A stretch of DNA of 42,059 bases from positions 1 through 42,059 of IMG/VR virus record IMGVR_UViG_3300012816_000037. One strand, written 5' to 3'. Position 1 is the first letter of the stretch; every line of letters starts with the position of its first letter. The notes under the pieces were generated by a model. It had not been told where the DNA came from. It did not search any database and worked only from the letters and a program-made list of their open reading frames with translations. A program made the position numbers and the translations under genes. The stretch is from a virus (lineage: Duplodnaviria > Caudoviricetes). Positions 35,265-42,059 of this stretch are shown here, one piece after another.

Positions 35265-37778
35265 ATGGCTCAAACTTTGACCGTCTACACGTACCCCTTG
35301 GACGGGACGCGGACGGAGTTCCCCATCTCTTTCGAGTACCTGGCGAGACGTTTCGTCCAGATTACCCTGATAGGCCCCACGTCCAGGAAGGTCCTGGCCG
35401 TTACAACTGACTATCGCTTCGTTTCCCCCACGCTCCTGAAGACCACCATCGTCCGTGGTGGCAGCGACGGATACACCTCCATAGAGGTCCGCCGCGTCAC
35501 TTCAGCCACCGATCGAATCGTGGACTTCACCGAGGGCTCGCTCCTGCGGGCTTCCGACCTCAATACCTCCCAGATCCAGGCGATTCATATTGCCGAGGAA
35601 GCACGGGACTTGGCCGATTACGTTGTCAGTGTTAACGGCGATAACACCACGAACGCGAAGAACCGCCGAATTGTCAATGTGGCCCCTGGAGTGGATGGCA
35701 CTGATGCCGTCAATAAGAACCAACTTACAGCGGCTGAGTCGGCAGTAGCCGTGTCCGCCTCTCAGGCTGCGGCAAGTGCCCAAAGGGCTGCGGCAAGTGC
35801 TGCGGCTGCGGCTGCAACGATTGGCGACAGGCTGAACCCACTTAACCCTAAGTATGGGGCGGTGGCGGACGGGGTAGTGAATGACTCCGCAGCCTTCGCC
35901 AAGTTTGAGGCGGAGTTTGTTGGGCGCACGGTGGACTTGGGTGGCGCCATTTTCAAAGTGGACTCGATTCCACGGAAGAACGTCTACATTCACGGTTCTT
36001 GGAAGCTCTCCGGAGTGCCGAACGACTTCACGCGGATAGCCTTCGAGGGCGATTCTGTTTTAAGTCGTCCAGCCTGCTTTACGCCTTTCGGTGGGGGGCT
36101 CAATCGCCTCAAGGCAGCCCTTACCAACATCCTGACCCAGTTCGTGGGTGTCGTCTGGATTGGCGACTCGATAACCTGGGGCTCCGGTAACCAGCCAGAA
36201 ATGGCTATCACGGATCCACGTAATGGGACACTGAAGGACCCCCGCGACTGGTTCGGGACGAACTCCTATGTGAACAATCTGCGGCGCTACTTGATTGAGG
36301 AGTACCTCCCAGGCGCGACGATCACAACCGCGCCTTGGCCCCTCAGTCCCTATGGGGACGCCATCGTCACAGCCACCAAGGACATCCACATCCTGCCACT
36401 GGGTCCCGAGTTCGCACATCGGGTGGTTGGGGCTCCAATCTCGATCACAAACGACGTAGCAAGTGGACTGCCTGGTAAGTGGAGGGTACTGATTACCAAC
36501 CAGAACACCACTCAAGGAGATAACGCCTACGGGGAGATTTCCTTCAAGTTCACCGGGAATTGCTTCCGGTTGCTCTTGGGCTGCATCACGGCGAACGCCT
36601 CGGACTACATCATCTATGTCAACGGGAACTCTATCGGCCGCTTCTCGACCGCTGCCGGAGATCCTGCAGATAACGGGACTGTCTTCGTAGAGGGCGGCCA
36701 CCACACGCGCACCCATACCTTCCCAATGGTTTACAACGGGACTGTGACAATCCGCGCTGTGCGTCCGCTGGTTGCTGGTGGGGATCCATCGAAGGTTCTC
36801 CGGATTAGCTCCCTGATTATCCCGAAGACCCTCCGGCTGACTAACAACGGCATCAACGGATCCTCCCTGTCCACTTACCGCGTGTACAACATGCCGCCGT
36901 CTGGGATTAACTTCAGTGGCTCCGTTGCCGTCAATGCGGGTGACCTGTTCACATTCATCCAGTTGGGGACGAATGATAGGGGGACCATCCGTGGCCCTCA
37001 GACCATCCCGTTCATCCAGCAGGAATGCCGGGCTCTTCTGGACTCCATTCCGTTCTACTCCACCCCAATCCTGATGGCTTCCAACCCGGCAATCCCGGTG
37101 GTGAACCCGGTTCCAGCCAACTTGGATCAATCGGACATCCGTTCGGCCTTGTTCACGGTTGCCAGAGAGCGCGCCATCGACTTCGTAGACAACTACAACG
37201 TGTTTCGGGGCCTGGACCGCCTGGCGTTCGCCAAGGACCAACTTCACCCTAATCAGTGGGGATACAGCGTGGTTTCTTCGAACATCATCAAAGCTATCGA
37301 GTCGTCCATTGATACGAGCGTGGTGCCGCCACCAGCTCCTACGCCTACGTTTGCTATCAGCCCATTTGACGCCAGGTTCGTTCCGACAGTGCAGGCTGGG
37401 TCTCAGATCATCGACAGGGAATCGCTCAACGCATACCTGGGCGTTCAACGCCTATTGCGAACCAACGTAGGGACTGCGGTAACGATTAGCTTCAACGTAA
37501 CAGGCAATGAGTTCGGCCTCGTGTTCTCCTCCCTCGATAACAACATCTCTGACTATGAGCTGTTCGTGGACGGTGTGAGCAAGGGCGTCTTCATCACCAA
37601 GTATCTCGAAGCAAACGGGGGCACTCAGGTTTACAACAACGTCCGTTGGCACACCATTGGGACCGGCAATACAGCCCACGCTGTCCAGCTCAAGACTGTT
37701 CGTAGAGAGGAGTACAGCGCCATCCAGGTAATTTACCTCGAAGCCTTCCTCTACAAAGAGGGCTCCACCATCTCCTAA
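35265..37778 (+). CDS. gp17: Tail fibre/spike: T7 gp17 N-terminal anchor plus SGNH esterase domain
   Basis: FEYLARRFV anchor; GDSITWG, GINGS, LGTND and DQLHPN SGNH blocks. Confidence 0.93.
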   Translation: MAQTLTVYTYPLDGTRTEFPISFEYLARRFVQITLIGPTSRKVLAVTTDYRFVSPTLLKTTIVRGGSDGYTSIEVRRVTSATDRIVDFTEGSLLRASDLNTSQIQAIHIAEEARDLADYVVSVNGDNTTNAKNRRIVNVAPGVDGTDAVNKNQLTAAESAVAVSASQAAASAQRAAASAAAAAATIGDRLNPLNPKYGAVADGVVNDSAAFAKFEAEFVGRTVDLGGAIFKVDSIPRKNVYIHGSWKLSGVPNDFTRIAFEGDSVLSRPACFTPFGGGLNRLKAALTNILTQFVGVVWIGDSITWGSGNQPEMAITDPRNGTLKDPRDWFGTNSYVNNLRRYLIEEYLPGATITTAPWPLSPYGDAIVTATKDIHILPLGPEFAHRVVGAPISITNDVASGLPGKWRVLITNQNTTQGDNAYGEISFKFTGNCFRLLLGCITANASDYIIYVNGNSIGRFSTAAGDPADNGTVFVEGGHHTRTHTFPMVYNGTVTIRAVRPLVAGGDPSKVLRISSLIIPKTLRLTNNGINGSSLSTYRVYNMPPSGINFSGSVAVNAGDLFTFIQLGTNDRGTIRGPQTIPFIQQECRALLDSIPFYSTPILMASNPAIPVVNPVPANLDQSDIRSALFTVARERAIDFVDNYNVFRGLDRLAFAKDQLHPNQWGYSVVSSNIIKAIESSIDTSVVPPPAPTPTFAISPFDARFVPTVQAGSQIIDRESLNAYLGVQRLLRTNVGTAVTISFNVTGNEFGLVFSSLDNNISDYELFVDGVSKGVFITKYLEANGGTQVYNNVRWHTIGTGNTAHAVQLKTVRREEYSAIQVIYLEAFLYKEGSTIS

Positions 37779-37789
37779 AGGGGGACTTA

Positions 37790-37990
37790 ATGATCCAGAT
37801 CGACTTCAACAACGGTGTGGTCCAAGCGACCCCCGTTGCTGGGGCGGCTGCCGCAGACGCTGCGAGTCGCCTCATATTCGGCATGACCATGAACGAATGG
37901 TTTTATGCCTCCGCAATCCTCTATTCCCTCGTGATGACCGGCCTGGCCGTCTATAAGGCTGTCCGCACGACACCACAACAAGGAGGTTGA
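37790..37990 (+). CDS. gp17.5: Class II holin
   Basis: IDFNNGVVQATP, FGMTMNEWFY. Confidence 0.93.
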   Translation: MIQIDFNNGVVQATPVAGAAAADAASRLIFGMTMNEWFYASAILYSLVMTGLAVYKAVRTTPQQGG

Positions 37991-37991
37991 T

Positions 37992-38237
37992 ATGCCTCAG
38001 GACGTGTTACTGCAACTTCTCCAGGCTCTCGATACAGATACCGCCAGGAACATGCTGTCCGATCTTCGGGATCCCGACAGGCGAACCCCGCAGCTTTATA
38101 ACGCCATCGGGAAACTCCTGGAGCGCCATAAGTTCGCCATTCAGCGACTGCAACCGGATGCTGGCCTCCTCGGGGAACTGGCTGCGGCCCTGGACCAAGT
38201 TCCGGAGCTCACAGAAGACGAACTCGTAAGGCACTGA
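37992..38237 (+). CDS. gp18: Terminase small subunit
   Basis: RRTPQLYNAIGKLLERHKF. Confidence 0.95.
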   Translation: MPQDVLLQLLQALDTDTARNMLSDLRDPDRRTPQLYNAIGKLLERHKFAIQRLQPDAGLLGELAAALDQVPELTEDELVRH

Positions 38238-38239
38238 CC

Positions 38240-38704
38240 ATGCAAGTACTTCAAGCCCTCATTGCGAAAGTAGTGGGGGCTTTTTTGTTGCTGGCCCTGG
38301 CGTTCGGTAGTGGATATCTCTACCGGGACAGTGCCGCCACCAAAGAAGCCCTCGAAGACCAACTAACAGCATTCCAAAGAACCGACCAGGTTCGCCAAGG
38401 GATGCAAGGAGAAATCTATGCGATTGCCCAGCGATACGTCGCGCAGCAGGCGGAAAGCTCTGCGACTACTGCCAGCACTATCGGTGCTCTGCATGACGCT
38501 GGTTACAGGCTGCGGATCGAACTTGCCGACGCCAAAGTCGCCGCAGTCACAGGTGACCGTGGACGCGAGCTTGATGGCAAAGCCGAGCTATCAGACCGAT
38601 CTTCTGAATTTCTTATTGGACAAGCCCGAAAAGCTGACGAGCAAGTAACAGCGCTTCAGGACGTGATTCGAGTTCTTCAAGGAGACAATACAACCGACAA
38701 GTAG
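38240..38704 (+). CDS. gp18.5: Rz-like i-spanin
   Basis: N-terminal TM segment, DGKAEL, ADEQVTALQDVI. Confidence 0.9.
   Translation: MQVLQALIAKVVGAFLLLALAFGSGYLYRDSAATKEALEDQLTAFQRTDQVRQGMQGEIYAIAQRYVAQQAESSATTASTIGALHDAGYRLRIELADAKVAAVTGDRGRELDGKAELSDRSSEFLIGQARKADEQVTALQDVIRVLQGDNTTDK
38253..38286 (+). terminator. Intragenic terminator-like hairpin in the Rz 5' end
   Basis: AAGCCCTCATTGC-GAAA-GTAGTGGGGGC followed by TTTTTT. Confidence 0.6.
38418..38648 (+). CDS. gp18.7: Rz1-like o-spanin lipoprotein nested in Rz
   Basis: +1 frame; signal peptide with lipobox LVTGC; Pro-rich. Confidence 0.8.
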   Translation: MRLPSDTSRSRRKALRLLPALSVLCMTLVTGCGSNLPTPKSPQSQVTVDASLMAKPSYQTDLLNFLLDKPEKLTSK

Positions 38705-38713
38705 GAGGTGCCC

Positions 38714-40450
38714 ATGAGCAAGGATGCTCTTAACCTCCAGAGAATGAAGGACAACTTTGTTGCATTCCTCTTCGTCCTCTGGATGGCCCTGAAGTTACCC
38801 AAGCCCACAAAGTGTCAAATTGATATGGCCAGGAAGTTGGCCGCTGGTGATAACCGGCGATTCATCCTCCAGGCATTCCGTGGTATCGGGAAGTCGTTCA
38901 TCACCTGCGCATTCGTTGTCTGGATGCTCTGGAAGAACCCCAACCTAAAGTTCATGATCGTGTCGGCGTCCAAAGAACGAGCGGATGCCAACTCCGTGTT
39001 CATCAAGCGCATTATCGACCTCCTTCCGTTTCTCCACGAGCTCAAGCCTAAGCCTGGCCAGCGGGACTCTACTATCAGCTTCGACGTGGGGCCGGCATCG
39101 CCCGACCACTCTCCATCGGTGAAGTCCGTGGGCATCACTGGGCAGCTCACCGGTTCCCGAGCGGACATCCTAATCGCGGATGACGTGGAGGTCCCGAACA
39201 ACTCGGCCACCCAGCTCGCCCGTGAGCGCCTGTCTGAGCTCGTGAAGGAGTTCGACGCAATCCTGAAGCCTGAGGGCACCATCATCTACCTGGGCACGCC
39301 TCAGACCGAGATGACGCTCTATCGCCTCCTGGAGAAGCGTGGCTACACCACCACCATCTGGCCGGCTCGATACCCGAAGGACGCCAAGGACCTGGAGAGC
39401 TATGGCCATCGCCTGGCTCCGATGCTCATGGCGGAGCTCATGGCGGACCCGGACGGTGTGTATTGGAAGCCCACGGACCCCGTTCGATTCGATGACGAGG
39501 ACCTGCGTGAGCGTGAGCTCTCCTATGGTGCCGGTGGCTTCGCCCTCCAGTTCATGCTCAATCCGAACCTCTCGGATGCCCAGCGTTACCCTCTGAGGCT
39601 GCGAGATTTCATCGTGGCGGCCCTGGAGACGGAAAGGGCACCCCTGAGCTTCCAATGGCTCCCAAACAATGCGAACGAGATCCCTACGCTTCCCAACGTG
39701 GGCCTATCCGGCGACCGCTTCCACCGCTATCAGAGTGTGGACAGTTCGATTGCCGAGTACCAGAGCAAGATCCTGGTGCTGGACCCCTCGGGGCGCGGCA
39801 AGGACGAGACGGGCTATGCGGTTCTCTATCAGCTCAATGGCTACCTCTTCCTGATGGAGTGGGGTGGTTACCGGGGCGGTTATGAGGACTCCACCCTGGA
39901 AGCCCTGGCACGGATCGGGAAGAAGTGGAAGGTCAACGAGGTAGTCATTGAGGGTAACTTCGGTGACGGTATGTATCTGAAGCTGTTCGGCCCTGTGATG
40001 GCCAGGATCCACCCATGCACTATCACCGAGGTGAAGTCCAAGGGCCAGAAGGAACAACGCATTGCGGACGTTCTGGAGCCTGTGATGGGGTCCCACAAGC
40101 TGGTCCTCAATGAGGCCGTTGTGGAGGAGGACTATCGGACCGCTAAGAACCACGAGGGCAACTTTGACCTTTCCTATTGCGGCTTGTACCAGCTCACGAG
40201 GCTCACCCGTGACCGAGGAGCACTCAAGCATGACGACCGCCTCGATGCCCTGGCGATTGGCGTCCAGTTCTTCGTGGAGAGCATGGAGAAGGATTCTGGC
40301 AAGGGATCCGAGGAGATGCTTCAGGAATTCCTGGAGAAGCACATGGAGAACGACCTGGCCGGCTATGAGGATCGTCTGGTCCTGAGCCTGGGAGGGGACG
40401 TTACCATCACATGGGAGGATGAAGGGGGAGGTTCCAACTACATCTTTTAA
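38714..40450 (+). CDS. gp19: Terminase large subunit
   Basis: [32 protein letters not shown]. Confidence 0.98.
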   Translation: MSKDALNLQRMKDNFVAFLFVLWMALKLPKPTKCQIDMARKLAAGDNRRFILQAFRGIGKSFITCAFVVWMLWKNPNLKFMIVSASKERADANSVFIKRIIDLLPFLHELKPKPGQRDSTISFDVGPASPDHSPSVKSVGITGQLTGSRADILIADDVEVPNNSATQLARERLSELVKEFDAILKPEGTIIYLGTPQTEMTLYRLLEKRGYTTTIWPARYPKDAKDLESYGHRLAPMLMAELMADPDGVYWKPTDPVRFDDEDLRERELSYGAGGFALQFMLNPNLSDAQRYPLRLRDFIVAALETERAPLSFQWLPNNANEIPTLPNVGLSGDRFHRYQSVDSSIAEYQSKILVLDPSGRGKDETGYAVLYQLNGYLFLMEWGGYRGGYEDSTLEALARIGKKWKVNEVVIEGNFGDGMYLKLFGPVMARIHPCTITEVKSKGQKEQRIADVLEPVMGSHKLVLNEAVVEEDYRTAKNHEGNFDLSYCGLYQLTRLTRDRGALKHDDRLDALAIGVQFFVESMEKDSGKGSEEMLQEFLEKHMENDLAGYEDRLVLSLGGDVTITWEDEGGGSNYIF

Positions 40451-40468
40451 AGCCTGTCAAGAGGGGCT

Positions 40469-40490
40469 CAAAACCCCTCACTATTAGGGG
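40469..40490 (+). promoter_or_regulatory. Phage RNAP promoter (phiOR-like)
   Basis: CAAAACCCCTCACTATTAGGGG. Confidence 0.9.
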
Positions 40491-40542
40491 GAGGGGGGGA
40501 TCCCTGAGAGACACTCTTAGAGATTCTCTCAGGTTCCTCCGT

Positions 40543-40562
40543 TTTAAACCCTCACTACAACG
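40543..40562 (+). promoter_or_regulatory. Second phage promoter-like site abutting the integrase stop codon
   Basis: TTTAAACCCTCACTACAACG; binding domain intact, initiation region divergent. Confidence 0.65.
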
Positions 40563-42026
40563 TCATACACCGAAGGAGACCTTGAGCGCCTCTGCCATCT
40601 TACCGACACCCAGGCGAGAGTCCCCACCGTAGAGATCGAAGGTGATGGTTTGTGAACTGTGGCCCAGGATGGACTGGACGATGCTCACCTGAATAGCGTG
40701 GTGCTTCATTAAGCCGGCCAGGGAGTGGCGAAGGGAGTGGTACGTCAAGCCTTCGCCGGAGTCATGCTGCAGGACATCCCTCAAGGTCTCATTGAGAACC
40801 CTGGTGAAGTTGTGGGCCACACGGTCAAAGAGCTTGTCCCCTTCGAGGACCTTCACGTACTCAAGGAATGCCTTGAGGTCAAACCCGAGGGCTCCGTCCG
40901 TGAGAGGGACCACACGCTCCGAGTGTTTATTCTTGAGGGTCTTGTCTTCGTTGGTATTCAGGTCAATGACCCATTCATCGCCAATCCTGCGGACATCCGC
41001 TTTGGTCAACTGATAAATCTCACCGATACGCGCCCCAGTGATAGCCCCGAGGGACATCGCCCAGCGCTTCCACGAGGACACCGGTAGCTCTCCCATAGCC
41101 TTCATCAAGGTAGCCAACTGCGCCTCTGTGAACGCCTTCCGGCCGCTCTCTGCGCCTTTGCTGATCTTCAGGCCCTTGTTGAAAGCCTTCTCAATGTAGC
41201 TGTTGTTCTCTGCCCAAGTGAGAAGGGTCCCCAATCGGGTGAGCAACTTGTTGACCGTGAGAGGCTTGCGGCCGTCCTGGAGGCGCGCCTTGAGCTTCAC
41301 CATATCCGCACGGGTGTGGGTCTTGAGGTTTAGCTCCTTGCCTGTCGAGGGATCCGTGAGGGCCTCTGCCAGGGTCTTGAAGGCGGACTTCATATCCCTG
41401 ATGGATGCCGGAGCGAGCTGGTCCGATTGCTCCTCCAGGTAGAGGACACCCAGAAGGGACACAGTGACAACATCCGGAACACCTTCCTGGGTTTCTTGAG
41501 GCTGGGCTGCAGGGGCACTCACTGGTGCCTTTGGATTCTCCTGGGCCTGGAGCTCCTCGATGATGTTCGCGAGTGGCGTAGGGTCACCCCTGTGGAGTCG
41601 TTCCTGGGCAGCCATGACGATGCGGACACCGGTTTTAATAGCCTTGACACGATCAACGGTCATTGGACTACCTTCCTGAATCATCTGGAGATCCTCCAGC
41701 AATTCAGAGTATTCCAGGCTAATTGCGGTCCTGTCGTCACTGGAAACAAGCTGCCAAAGGAGGCTTTCTGCCAGCTCCCGAAGAGGAACTACCAGGGTCT
41801 CCCATGTGTCTTCAGCGTGCTCTAAATGGAACACTTTGAGGGCGGCCTCGATTCGGCGGCTGTAGCGCATTGCAGTTTCTCGGTGGCGTGTACGTAGTGA
41901 AATCGTCAAAGTCTGCTTAGAGACTCCTGCAGGACGCAGGCGAAGGTAGTAGACTCCTCCCGCTCGGCGGTATACCCACGGGGACGCCAGAGGGCATAAG
42001 ACCTGGTGACAGTTTTCTAACACCAT
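40563..42026 (-). CDS. int: Tyrosine recombinase/integrase (start uncertain, 42026 or 42059)
   Basis: TGARIGE, K(TLKN), YHSLRH, LGHS and DLY give a full R-K-H-R-H-Y set; N-terminal arm-binding-like YRRAGGVYYLR..ISLRT. Confidence 0.95.
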   Translation of the reverse strand: MVLENCHQVLCPLASPWVYRRAGGVYYLRLRPAGVSKQTLTISLRTRHRETAMRYSRRIEAALKVFHLEHAEDTWETLVVPLRELAESLLWQLVSSDDRTAISLEYSELLEDLQMIQEGSPMTVDRVKAIKTGVRIVMAAQERLHRGDPTPLANIIEELQAQENPKAPVSAPAAQPQETQEGVPDVVTVSLLGVLYLEEQSDQLAPASIRDMKSAFKTLAEALTDPSTGKELNLKTHTRADMVKLKARLQDGRKPLTVNKLLTRLGTLLTWAENNSYIEKAFNKGLKISKGAESGRKAFTEAQLATLMKAMGELPVSSWKRWAMSLGAITGARIGEIYQLTKADVRRIGDEWVIDLNTNEDKTLKNKHSERVVPLTDGALGFDLKAFLEYVKVLEGDKLFDRVAHNFTRVLNETLRDVLQHDSGEGLTYHSLRHSLAGLMKHHAIQVSIVQSILGHSSQTITFDLYGGDSRLGVGKMAEALKVSFGV

Positions 42027-42053
42027 CTTAACATCGGCATCGTTTACTAACAG
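42013..42053 (+). repeat. Arm-type repeats near attR
   Basis: TTTTCTAACACC, TCTTAACATC and TTACTAACAG; same motif as 243-271. Confidence 0.6.
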
Positions 42054-42059
42054 ACTCAT

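Overview
An apparently complete, integrated T7-like (Autographiviridae) prophage of about 41.9 kb. The host is most likely Pseudomonas, inferred from the flank and gene content. The + strand carries the collinear T7 gene set: early hypothetical genes, single-subunit RNA polymerase, ligase, gp2, SSB, endonuclease I, lysozyme, primase/helicase, DNA polymerase, exonuclease, portal, scaffold, capsid, tail tube, core proteins, an SGNH-esterase tail fibre, holin, terminases and Rz/Rz1. An intact tyrosine integrase lies on the - strand after terL. The left end holds host intergenic DNA, a probable attL (about 165-189, apparently at a ppsA-like start codon), 11-bp-periodic TCTAACA arm-type repeats and a single internal copy of the T7-type terminal repeat (about 458-705). 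attR is probably just past the right edge. No CI-type repressor is recognisable. Instead, the DNA upstream of the RNAP gene holds a LexA/SOS box (4704-4723) overlapping sigma70 elements, a phage promoter directly in front of the RNAP gene, and a small acidic antisense ORF with its own promoter. AACG(C/T)A repeat arrays mark the early leaders, and two phage promoters fire antisense into int. Together these suggest a repressor-less, SOS-wired lysis/lysogeny switch in a normally lytic phage lineage (inference). All homology calls come from motif recognition and synteny, not database searches.
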